Origin: a bacterium
GTDB lineage: Bacteria > Electryoneota > Electryoneia > Electryoneales > Electryoneaceae
Assembly (NCBI GenBank): GCA_043801585.1
Contig: JAZDLX010000009.1
Location: 1 to 22,734, forward strand
Direction of reading: 5' to 3'
DNA: 22,734 bases
Positions 1-8,060 of the stretch are shown piece by piece; the first letter of the stretch is position 1, and every line of letters starts with the position of its first letter. The translations under genes and the position numbers were made by a program. Below the pieces are notes generated by a model, which searched no databases, was not told the origin of the DNA, and worked only from the letters and a program-made list of their open reading frames with translations.

Positions 1-474
1 CGTGCCCTCGTCGCTCGCGCCGGGACCGTTACGCGCCAGCAGCTCGAACGTCACATCGCCGGGATGGAGGATGTGGAAATCGTCGAGGGCGCCACCTATG
101 ATGCCCTCGCCGCAAGCCGCGTGGCGCTTGTCAAATCCGGCACCTCGACCATTGAAGCCGCGTTGATCGGAACGCCCTTTGTTGTTCTTTACAGGGTATC
201 TTCGATGACTTTCCGCCTCGCGAAATTGCTGGTCCGGGGAGTGAAACACATCGCCATGGTCAACGTGCTGGCGGGACGGGAAGTGGTGCGGGAACGTCTC
301 CAGAACGAAGCTCGCGGCGACATTCTCGCGGGCGATCTGCTCGCCATCTGGAACGGTCCGAAACGCGACGAGGTAATTGAGGGACTCCGTGACGTCGCCT
401 CCCGGCTCGGCGAGCCGGGGATGGCGGGACGTCTTGCCGCGTGGATGGTCAAACGATTCGGAAACCGAACGTGA
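1..474 (+). CDS. lpxB: Lipid-A-disaccharide synthase, C-terminal part (5' truncated by window)
   Basis: Frame is open from position 1. Motifs KSGTSTIEAALIGTPFVVLY and IAMVNVLAGREVV..LQ match the LpxB C-terminus; directly upstream of lpxK. Confidence 0.92.
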   Translation, partial: RALVARAGTVTRQQLERHIAGMEDVEIVEGATYDALAASRVALVKSGTSTIEAALIGTPFVVLYRVSSMTFRLAKLLVRGVKHIAMVNVLAGREVVRERLQNEARGDILAGDLLAIWNGPKRDEVIEGLRDVASRLGEPGMAGRLAAWMVKRFGNRT

Positions 475-2189
475 GCGAGCTGACAAATAAAGACCGCTTC
501 GTCTCTTCTGTGCTTGGATATCTGGGATCACGTCTGATCTGGGCGCTTGGGACCTCAATGCGTATCCGCGTCATCGGGGTGGAGCACGAACGAGACGTGA
601 AGGCATCGAACGACAGCTGGATCCTGGCGGTGCTGCACGGACGAATGGTTGTCCCGCTTTACACACATCGAAACCGTGGCATTACCGGACTCTCCTCACC
701 GAGCAAGGATGGGGAGATCATCACAAACGTCGTCAGGAATCTTGGATACAAGGCTGTGCGTGGCTCAAGCCGGAATCAGGCAGCGGCGGGATTGCGGGGA
801 ATGATCCGCATGGCGAAATCATCGGTCGTAGCGAACATGGTTGACGGTCCCACGGGGCCGCGCGAGGAGCCAAAGCCCGGAACGATTGCCATTGCGATGG
901 CTGCCGGCATCCCGATCGTACCGTTGATCGGCGCCGCTTCTCCCGCCTGGGAATGGGAACGGTCCTGGGATCGTTTCCAGCTTCCACGCCCCTTTTCGCG
1001 AGGTGTTGTGATCATCGGTGAACCGATGATGATACCAGACGATGAGAAAGCCGAAGATCTTGAGAAATGGCGGCTTGAACTGAAACACCGGATGATTTCC
1101 CTGCGCGAACAGGCGGACGGGCTTGTATGGCGCGAAGGGATCAGGCCCGGGTTGCTGTCACCACTTGGTGCGCTCTGGTCGGTTGGGGTGCGGCTGCGTG
1201 GAGCACTCTACAATGCCGGGATCAAGCGGATCGTTTCCTCCCCGGTTCCCGTTGTTTCCATCGGCAACTTGACGGCGGGGGGGAGCGGCAAGTCTCCGGC
1301 TGTTTTCGAGGTCGTGCGAAAGCTGAAAATAATCTCCGCCGGCAGCCGTCCGGTCATTGTCAGCCGAGGGTATAAGCGGGCGACAAAAGGGCTGGTCGTT
1401 GTCTCGGATGGAAAGGGCATGATAGTCAGTCCTCGAAACGGGGGCGACGAACCGGTGATGCTGGCCAAAGCGTTGCCGGATATCCCGGTGGTTGTTGCGG
1501 AAAAACGGGTGGCGGGAATCCGATGCGCGACGGATCATCTCGGAGCGACGGTTGTTGTGCTCGATGATGGATTCCAGCACCGCGGCGTGGGTCGCGACCT
1601 GGATGTGGTCCTGTTGGACGTCTCCACGCCTTCCTGGCATTGGCGGCCGCTTCCCGGCGGAAGGATGCGTGAAGGGTTTTCCGCGTTGAAACGGGCACAG
1701 GTCGTCATTCTCACCGGACACGCCCCTGAATCCGTTGTCGAAGAGCTGAAGCGGAAAGTGCGCGAGGTGGTCGACCTGCCCATTCTGCGTGGCGCCATCG
1801 AACCTGTGTCGTTGCGATCGCTGAATACGGCAATTCGAAAGCCGGTATCCAGCCTCGATGGGCGCAATGTGGCTCTCGCCGCGGGGATTGCCCGTCCACG
1901 CAGGTTCTTCGACTCGGCGGAAAAGGCTGGAGCGGTTCCTGTGCTTTATCGGACCTGGCCGGACCATTCGTCGATTCCCCGTGAGACGGTGGACCGGTTG
2001 ATGCGAAAAGCCCGCAACCGGCAGGCGGAATTTGTGCTGATCACCGCAAAGGATGCAGTCAAATGGCCAGATGCGAAAGCGGATGACCTGGAGGTGTTTG
2101 TTCTCGAAACGGAGTGGCGCTGGCGCGAAGGTGAGGATAGACTTGACAGTGACTTGCGGAGGCTGGTGGGGGAGCCCTCGATTCCGTAA
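471..2189 (+). CDS. lpxK: Fusion: DUF374 / LpxJ-like lysophospholipid acyltransferase (N-terminal ~220 aa) + tetraacyldisaccharide 4'-kinase
   Basis: GTG at 471 overlaps the lpxB stop (GTGA). N-terminal part: LHGR, SPSKDGE, VRGSS, DGPTGP, SWDRFQLPRPFSR (DUF374). C-terminal part: PVVSIGNLTAGGSGKSP, SRGYK, GDEP, LDDGFQH, PGGRMRE, TAKDAVK (LpxK). One uninterrupted frame. Confidence 0.9.
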   Translation: MSELTNKDRFVSSVLGYLGSRLIWALGTSMRIRVIGVEHERDVKASNDSWILAVLHGRMVVPLYTHRNRGITGLSSPSKDGEIITNVVRNLGYKAVRGSSRNQAAAGLRGMIRMAKSSVVANMVDGPTGPREEPKPGTIAIAMAAGIPIVPLIGAASPAWEWERSWDRFQLPRPFSRGVVIIGEPMMIPDDEKAEDLEKWRLELKHRMISLREQADGLVWREGIRPGLLSPLGALWSVGVRLRGALYNAGIKRIVSSPVPVVSIGNLTAGGSGKSPAVFEVVRKLKIISAGSRPVIVSRGYKRATKGLVVVSDGKGMIVSPRNGGDEPVMLAKALPDIPVVVAEKRVAGIRCATDHLGATVVVLDDGFQHRGVGRDLDVVLLDVSTPSWHWRPLPGGRMREGFSALKRAQVVILTGHAPESVVEELKRKVREVVDLPILRGAIEPVSLRSLNTAIRKPVSSLDGRNVALAAGIARPRRFFDSAEKAGAVPVLYRTWPDHSSIPRETVDRLMRKARNRQAEFVLITAKDAVKWPDAKADDLEVFVLETEWRWREGEDRLDSDLRRLVGEPSIP

Positions 2190-2192
2190 GCC

Positions 2193-2221
2193 TTGCTCTA
2201 CACAGGTCATTCCTATACCTT
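2193..2221 (+). promoter_or_regulatory. Putative sigma70-type promoter for the tRNA
   Basis: TTGCTC (2193-2198), 17-nt spacer, TACCTT (2216-2221), about 45 nt upstream of the tRNA. Confidence 0.4.
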
Positions 2222-2264
2222 CTGGGTTGCCGCCTTGGCGGCAGGCAAGCCAGCATTCGCTACC

Positions 2265-2340
2265 GGGCCCATAGCTCAGTGGTTAGAGCCGCGGACTCAT
2301 AATCCGTTGGTCCCAGGTTCGAATCCTGGTGGGCCCACCA
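2265..2340 (+). tRNA. tRNA with CAT anticodon, most likely tRNA-Ile2 (lysidine-modified)
   Basis: 76-nt cloverleaf: GGGCCCA/TGGGCCC acceptor stem, D-arm AGCTCAGTGGTTAGAGC, anticodon loop CT-CAT-AA, GGTTCGAATCC T-arm, encoded CCA. Paired G1-C72 argues against the initiator tRNA; C4-G69 and C5-G68 are TilS determinants. Confidence 0.93.
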
Positions 2341-2533
2341 CCTGGAACATGAGACGTGTGGCTTCGTGTATGTACATGAGTTCCAGGGAGAGTCTCAGGG
2401 AAGTGTACGGTTGCAGGATAGTCAGACAACACGCAGACGGACAAAGTGAAAGGGGGAATGATGCTACTGTTTCCTGCTCTGTCCGTCGACCCTCGAAAAG
2501 GGTTCGACGTGTTGAGTCCACGAGGACAGTGAT

Positions 2534-2573
2534 GATCGTGCTGCGCTTTCCCGGCTTGGCACGATCTTTTTTT
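2534..2573 (+). terminator. Intrinsic terminator between the tRNA and the zinc-ribbon gene (possibly an attenuator)
   Basis: GATCGTGC (2534-2541) pairs with GCACGATC (2559-2566), followed by T7 (2567-2573). Confidence 0.65.
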
Positions 2574-2609
2574 ATCAGGCCATGCGGCCAACAGTGAAGG
2601 AAGCATCGG

Positions 2610-3347
2610 ATGACGGCTATCGACGTTCGCCGGGAACTGGAGAAGGTAGCGCGGCTCCAGGAAGTGGATGCACAGCTCAGGGACTTGGAGCTGGAGAAAG
2701 GTGATCTGCCGGCGTTGGTGAAAAAACTGCATGACGAGATCGAGAGTAAGGAGCAGGAGAAGAAAGAGCTCGAGCATCGTCTTGCGGATGTATCCAAGCA
2801 GCAGCGTACCAATGACGGTCAGATTCAACTTACACGTGTGAAGTTGGACAAGTACAAGGAACAGCTTTACACGGTCACCACCAACCGCGAGTATGACGCT
2901 ATCAATCAGGAGATTGACCACCTTCGTGGCCAGATTGAATCGATCGAAAGCAGCCAGAAGGCCTTGAAGGAAGAGGAAGAGAGTCTTGGCGAGCAGATCG
3001 AAGATTTCAGAACACGACTTGACGAGATGAACAACGAGCTGAAGGAGCGCCGGAACGAGCTTGGCAGCAAGCAGGGCGATTCCGAAGAGGAAGAGAATCA
3101 GCTCGGGTCGGAACGGGACCGGTTGATCGTACAGATCAAGAAGCCAATCGTAGCCCACTACGAGCGCATTCGCAACCTGCGTTCAGTTGGATCCGCCCGC
3201 CTGTACGAAGGAGCATGCGGCGCCTGTTTCGCAGTGGTTCCACCGCAACGTCAGGCGGAAATACGCAAAGCGGAAGACGTCATCTTGTGTGAGTCTTGTG
3301 GTGTCATCCTGTTGCCCGAGGAAGATTACCTCGTGGCAGCGAAGTAA
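2610..3347 (+). CDS. Coiled-coil + C4-type zinc-ribbon protein (DUF164; CT398/HP0958 family)
   Basis: LQEVD start, long E/K-rich coiled coil, TNREYDAINQEI, CGAC...CESCG zinc ribbon. RBS-like GAAGGAAG upstream. Position just before rnpB is usual for this family. Confidence 0.9.
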   Translation: MTAIDVRRELEKVARLQEVDAQLRDLELEKGDLPALVKKLHDEIESKEQEKKELEHRLADVSKQQRTNDGQIQLTRVKLDKYKEQLYTVTTNREYDAINQEIDHLRGQIESIESSQKALKEEEESLGEQIEDFRTRLDEMNNELKERRNELGSKQGDSEEEENQLGSERDRLIVQIKKPIVAHYERIRNLRSVGSARLYEGACGACFAVVPPQRQAEIRKAEDVILCESCGVILLPEEDYLVAAK

Positions 3348-3420
3348 CCCACTCGCTTTCCCTCACGTCGCCATGGCGATTTCGTTGGGCTGGCAATGGC
3401 CGACAGGCGTTTCGATCCGA

Positions 3421-3857
3421 AACGCAGCGAGGCAGCCGGACGGTCGCCCTTTTCGCAATCGCGCGGAGAGGGAGGAAAGTCCGAACTCCCAAGGGCAGGA
3501 TGCCGGCTAACAGCCGGGCGTCGCAAGGCGACGGAAAGTGCCACAGAAAACAAACCGCCGATGGATCTGCCGCAAGGTGGATCACAGGCAAGGGTGAAAC
3601 GGTGGGGTAAGAGCCCACCGCGCGGACGGCAACGGACGCGGCACGGCAAACCCCATCCGGAGCAAGGTCAAATAGGCGGGGAGAGGAATGATACGGCGGA
3701 TTGCGATCCGTACGTCATCCCCCGGGGCTGCCCGTCCCGGAGATTTTACCCGCGGGTAGGCCGCTCGAGCCGAATCGTAAGATTCGGCCCAGATCAATGA
3801 CCGTCATCCCGGATTTTCGGGAGACAGAATTCGGCTTACAGGCTGCCTCGTTGCGTT
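3421..3857 (+). ncRNA. rnpB: RNase P RNA, bacterial type A
   Basis: P1 AACGCAGCGAGGCAGCC / GGCTGCCTCGTTGCGTT. Conserved GAGGAAAGTCCGAACTCC, GGAAAGTGCCACAGAAA, GGGTGAAACGGTGGGGTAAGAGCCCACC, GGCAAACCCC, ACAGAATTCGGCTTAC. P18 is present. Confidence 0.97.
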
Positions 3858-3904
3858 GCGGATCTTCCAGGTGATTGTCACGTAAAACCACATAGAAGAA
3901 TTGC

Positions 3905-5620
3905 ATGGAAAAGCAATGGGAGCTTGTTACCCGAGAAGAAGGACGTAGCGTTGAAGAGTTTGCGAATGAGTTGGGCGTCCGTCCGGTGATCGCCCGGCTG
4001 CTGTTGCAGCGGGGAATCACCACAATAAAAGCAGCCGCGGACTTTTTCAAACCTGACCGAAACACGCTTCACGATCCCTTCCTCTTCAGGGACATGCGTG
4101 CGGCCGTGGACCGTATCACCACGGCGCTGACGCAACGGGAAAAGATCTTTATCTTCGGCGATTACGATGTGGATGGCATCACATCCGCCAGCCTGTTGTA
4201 CCTCTTCTTCCGCGATCTTGGAGGGGATGTCCAGTATTACATCCCCGATCGGCAATCCGAGGGATACGGACTTTCCATCGATGGCATCGAGACCGCAGCG
4301 CGGGAGGGTACGCGGCTGATCGTCACGGTTGATTGCGGGATCACCGCGATCAACGAGGTCCGGCGCGCCAACGAACTCGGCCTCGATGTAATCATCTCCG
4401 ACCATCACCAACCCAGTGATTCAATCCCCCAGGCACTCGCCGTGATCAACCCGAAACGGGCGGACAGTACCTATCCGTTCGGCGATCTTGCGGGAGTGGG
4501 GGTGGCCTACAAGGTGGCGCAGGGAGTAGCGGAGACGCTGGACCTGGATCACTCCTATCTGGAGAAGTATCTCGATCTTGTCGCCGTGGGGACGGCCGCG
4601 GACATCGTTCCGCTCGTTGATGAAAACCGCATCTTCGTCCGTCTCGGGCTCGAAAAGCTGAACCGCGATCCGCAGATCGGCATTCGAACGTTGATCGAAA
4701 CAGCCCGTCTCAAGCTGGGGCGCACTGACGTTGGGCAGATTATTTACGGCCTTGCGCCGAGAATCAACGCGGTCGGTCGCCTTGGCAGCGCCAATCGAGC
4801 TGTGGACCTGATGATCACCTCCAACGAGCAACGCGCACGCCACCTCTCTCAGGAACTCGAGCACGAAAACCAGGAGCGGCGCAGAATCGACACAGCCACC
4901 CTCGATGAGGCTATCGACGAGGTCGAGGCAACTTTCGATGCCACCCGGGACTACGCACTGGTACTCGCCCGCGAGTCCTGGCATGGCGGAGTGATCGGAA
5001 TCGTCGCCAGCAGGCTGATCGAGCGTTACTATCGGCCGACGGTGATGATCTCCATCGAGGATGGCGTCGGCAAGGGGTCCGCTCGATCAATTCCCGGATT
5101 CGACATCTATGAAGCGCTGGGCAAATGCAGTGACTTGCTCGAACAGTTCGGCGGACACACATACGCCGCCGGACTTTCGCTGCCCGCGGAGAACATCGAA
5201 GAATTCCGGAAGCGGTTGAACGAAGTCGCGCAGTCCATGCTGAGCAAGAACGACCTTATACCGAAGTTGAATATCGATGCTGAACTGGATGTCAACGAGA
5301 TCGACGATGATTTGTTAAACCAGCTTAAACGGTTCTCACCGTTTGGTCCATCCAATCCGATGCCGATCTTCGTTAGTCGAGATGTGGCGCTTTCGGGTTA
5401 TCCGCGTATTGTCGGGGTGAATCACCTGAAGTTCAAGATTCGTACCGCGGAGAGGATGCTGGATTGTATCGGATTTAACCTCGGCGACCGTATCCAGCGG
5501 ATGGACCCGAACCGTCCCTCGAACCAGATCGTTTACACCATCGAAGAGAACGAATGGATGGGATCGACGTACCTGCAATTGCGGATCATCGATGTTCGCG
5601 GTGCGGACGGGAACAATTGA
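3905..5620 (+). CDS. recJ: Single-stranded-DNA-specific exonuclease RecJ
   Basis: DHH-family motifs GDYDVDG, TVDCG, SDHH, GTAADIVPL, PRINAVGRL, GVIGIVASR, GSARS, GGHTYAAG, PFGPSNPMP. Confidence 0.97.
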   Translation: MEKQWELVTREEGRSVEEFANELGVRPVIARLLLQRGITTIKAAADFFKPDRNTLHDPFLFRDMRAAVDRITTALTQREKIFIFGDYDVDGITSASLLYLFFRDLGGDVQYYIPDRQSEGYGLSIDGIETAAREGTRLIVTVDCGITAINEVRRANELGLDVIISDHHQPSDSIPQALAVINPKRADSTYPFGDLAGVGVAYKVAQGVAETLDLDHSYLEKYLDLVAVGTAADIVPLVDENRIFVRLGLEKLNRDPQIGIRTLIETARLKLGRTDVGQIIYGLAPRINAVGRLGSANRAVDLMITSNEQRARHLSQELEHENQERRRIDTATLDEAIDEVEATFDATRDYALVLARESWHGGVIGIVASRLIERYYRPTVMISIEDGVGKGSARSIPGFDIYEALGKCSDLLEQFGGHTYAAGLSLPAENIEEFRKRLNEVAQSMLSKNDLIPKLNIDAELDVNEIDDDLLNQLKRFSPFGPSNPMPIFVSRDVALSGYPRIVGVNHLKFKIRTAERMLDCIGFNLGDRIQRMDPNRPSNQIVYTIEENEWMGSTYLQLRIIDVRGADGNN

Positions 5621-5641
5621 ATTCTTTTGCAGATTGTAAGA

Positions 5642-5676
5642 AGAAGGGCGGTCAGATGACCGCCCTTCTGTTTGTT
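5642..5676 (+). terminator. Intrinsic terminator after recJ (may be bidirectional; convergent with trkH)
   Basis: Perfect 12-bp stem AGAAGGGCGGTC / GACCGCCCTTCT followed by a T-rich tail; A-rich flank on the other side. Confidence 0.8.
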
Positions 5677-5703
5677 GTCCTTGCGAGCGATGTGGGGCAA
5701 TCC
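5677..5703 (+). repeat. Degenerate CGTC-type REP-like palindromic element
   Basis: GTCCTTGCGAGCGATGTGGGGCAATCC resembles the widespread GTCATTGCGAGCGAAGCGTGGCAATCC repeat (recalled consensus) and shares its ends with the element at 12693-12739. Confidence 0.5.
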
Positions 5704-5735
5704 GCACGATCTCCCCGCTCAACGTGAACGGGAAA

Positions 5736-7175
5736 TCACCTCCAGAACCTGCGGCTTGCGAGCAGCAGGATCGGGAAAATCTCGAGACGGCCGGTGATCA
5801 TCACACCGGCGAGGAGCAGTTTCGCCAGTCCGGGAAGCGCGCCGTAATTGCCCATTGACCCGACGGTACCGAGGCCCGGGCCGACGTTCCCCATGCAGGC
5901 GATGGTCCCGCTCGCTGATTCGACGAGCGGCACCCCCGTGAACGCAACAGCCAGCGCCGCGACAAGCACTCCCGCGAGGTAAGCGACTACGAAGAACATG
6001 GCGTCCCGTGCCGTTTCCTCGGGAATGCGTCGCCCCTCGAGGCGAATTGGGGCAATGCCCTCCGGATGTCCAAGGGTGTAAAGACGGGCGCGGACAAGTT
6101 TTGCGAACAGGACGATGCGGTCCACCTTGATGCCGCCCGAGGTCGATCCGGCGGAAGCGCAGATCAGGGCCAGCAGCATCAGCATTGCCTGCGAACCACC
6201 CGGCCAGATGGATGTGTTCGCGCTGGCGAATCCACTCGAGGTGCCGATCGACGCGACCTGGAATGCGCCGTACCGCAAAGAATCCGTCCAATCAATTCCC
6301 ATTCTTTCCTTCAGATCAAGCGTGACCATCAACATCCCGATAGCAAGCATACTCAAATAGGCAAAGGCTGTCGTCGTTCCACCGCGCGGGCGGCCTTTTG
6401 TGATCACGAGCCCGTAAAGGAGCGCGAAATTCATTCCTGCGAGAATCATGAAGATGGTGACAACGATCTCGACCGTGACACTGTGGTAGAAGGCGATGGA
6501 CCCGTCGCGCACGGAGAATCCACCCGTTGCAATTGTCCCGAAAGAGGTGGTCGACGCATCGTACAGGGAAAGTCCCGCTGCCATCAGGGCGATTGTTTCA
6601 AGAAGTGTCAGCCCCACATAAACGAACAGGACAACCCGGGCGATTTCACGGGCACGGGCAACCTTCGGTCCGAGGGCGACCGGTGAAATCTCGGCGCGCA
6701 TCAGACTGTGGCCGACAGTTGAGAGGGAGGGGAAAATGGCGAGCGCGAGGACGATGATCCCAACACCCCCGATCCAGTGAGTCATGCTGCGCCAGAAAAG
6801 AATGCCTGCGGGCAGCACCTGGATATTTCCCAGGATCGATGCGCCTGTGGTGGTGAAACCTGAGACGCTTTCAAACAGGGCGTTGATGAATGTGAACGGT
6901 GCGCCGTAGAGCAGGTAAGGCAGGATTCCAGCGAACGACATCGAGATCCAGCCGAGTGCAACTGTGGCGAGACTCTCACGGGGAGTGAGCTCCTCGACAC
7001 GCGGCACAAAGACCATCGGGAACGCCCCGAAGCAGGCGACGAGGATGGCGGAGATGCTGAGAATCGCCGTAGCCCTCCCGTCCATGATCCATCCGACGAG
7101 TGCGCTGGTCAGCATCCCTGCCGCACCGATCAGGAGAATCAAACCCACATACCGGGAAACGACCGTTGGTCTCAC
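5736..7175 (-). CDS. trkH: Trk system potassium uptake membrane protein
   Basis: Pore loops ESVSGFTTTGAS, TIATGGFS, GTSSGF, MGNVGPGLG; also WRSMTHWIGGVG, GSTSGGIK, GRLEI. GTG start overlaps the upstream stop. Confidence 0.95.
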   Translation of the reverse strand: MRPTVVSRYVGLILLIGAAGMLTSALVGWIMDGRATAILSISAILVACFGAFPMVFVPRVEELTPRESLATVALGWISMSFAGILPYLLYGAPFTFINALFESVSGFTTTGASILGNIQVLPAGILFWRSMTHWIGGVGIIVLALAIFPSLSTVGHSLMRAEISPVALGPKVARAREIARVVLFVYVGLTLLETIALMAAGLSLYDASTTSFGTIATGGFSVRDGSIAFYHSVTVEIVVTIFMILAGMNFALLYGLVITKGRPRGGTTTAFAYLSMLAIGMLMVTLDLKERMGIDWTDSLRYGAFQVASIGTSSGFASANTSIWPGGSQAMLMLLALICASAGSTSGGIKVDRIVLFAKLVRARLYTLGHPEGIAPIRLEGRRIPEETARDAMFFVVAYLAGVLVAALAVAFTGVPLVESASGTIACMGNVGPGLGTVGSMGNYGALPGLAKLLLAGVMITGRLEIFPILLLASRRFWR

Positions 7176-7921
7176 CGTCTCTCCCTCCCGCCAAAGGATC
7201 GCTCGACGAGATCAAGGGATTCAGCGAGATCTTCGATTTCGTCGCCTGTGAGAATGTCCGGTTTACGAAAGTGCCCAGTCGAAGGCCAGAGTTTGACAGC
7301 GTGAAGAAGCTTGGCGAGGGGTTTCACCGTATGCTCTCGCAGCAACCAGGCGAAAAGCAGCGTGAAGAGAATCGCCGCAACGACGAGGATGGTGCCGGGG
7401 AGAGTCGCCCGGTATGCCTGGTCCGCGATCAACAGCGCCTGGTCATACATCTCCCGATGATTGAGGCGCCTTAGCCGGTCCACGGCGTGCTTGGTGCGCA
7501 GGAATGCAGGCATCCCCTGTTGCTGGTAGGCGTCCAACCGGTGGCTGTTGTGCAACTCAGCTTCAACCCCCCTGAATTCGCCGTAATACACCTGGATGGT
7601 GTCAAGGATGGCTTGTTCGCCGTAAATGGTGATGTTGTTCAACGCCAGGTTCAGGGACGAATCGAACGTAGCGACCGCATCATTATCGAGTGAATCAGCC
7701 GTTGCGGTTTCCCCGATCATCCTCAGCAGCAACGCGCTGTCCATCCGTTCCAGGGCGACCGTCATTTCGCGTGCAGCCTGGACACTCTGGTCGTTTTCCA
7801 CAAGCATCGCCTGAACACGGTTCGAGAGGGTGTGAAAACGTGCCCAGGACCAGACGCCGGATGCGAGAAGCATCAGCACCGGGATGAAAAATCCCAGAAG
7901 CAATTTTTTGCCGAGTGACAT
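7172..7921 (-). CDS. Membrane sensor protein: TM - four-helix-bundle periplasmic domain - TM - HAMP, with no output domain
   Basis: MSLGKKLLLGF + TM1; ENDQSVQAAREM..ALERMDSA and LNNITIYGE (4HB sensor type); TM2; VKPLAKL...DEIEDLAESLD (HAMP), then stop. ATG 7921 preferred over TTG 7951. Confidence 0.75.
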   Translation of the reverse strand: MSLGKKLLLGFFIPVLMLLASGVWSWARFHTLSNRVQAMLVENDQSVQAAREMTVALERMDSALLLRMIGETATADSLDNDAVATFDSSLNLALNNITIYGEQAILDTIQVYYGEFRGVEAELHNSHRLDAYQQQGMPAFLRTKHAVDRLRRLNHREMYDQALLIADQAYRATLPGTILVVAAILFTLLFAWLLREHTVKPLAKLLHAVKLWPSTGHFRKPDILTGDEIEDLAESLDLVERSFGGRERR

Positions 7922-8060
7922 GGCTGGCTCCGGGTTGTGTTGTTGCGTCAAGATACAATCTTCGGGTTCGGAATGGACACTTCCAAAATATCTGAACCGG
8001 TGATGGCAGATGGGGGTTTCTTACCCAATCTTCCTGTTTTTTAAAAAGAATATCAGGGGT

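Noticed and set aside
1158..2210. 350-aa minus-strand ORF and other long antisense ORFs (2283-3158, 10293-11267, 15296-16150, 19250-20020)
   Set aside because: Antisense shadows of confident genes, as expected in GC-rich DNA.
2265..2340. tRNA as an integration site for an island
   Set aside because: No integrase was found, and I saw no duplicated tRNA 3' end in the window.
2193..2597. 134-aa ORF over the tRNA, and 104-134 aa ORFs over rnpB
   Set aside because: They overlap well-supported RNA genes and have no protein-like features.
2575..2609. TCAGG...GAAGGAAGCA resembling the SRP RNA helix 8 motif
   Set aside because: The spacing and tetraloop stem do not fit. GAAGGAAG is better explained as the RBS of the gene at 2610.
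7952..8060. Possible c-di-AMP riboswitch upstream of the sensor-trkH unit
   Set aside because: The region is short and AT-rich and lacks the ydaO consensus; only a weak inverted repeat is present.
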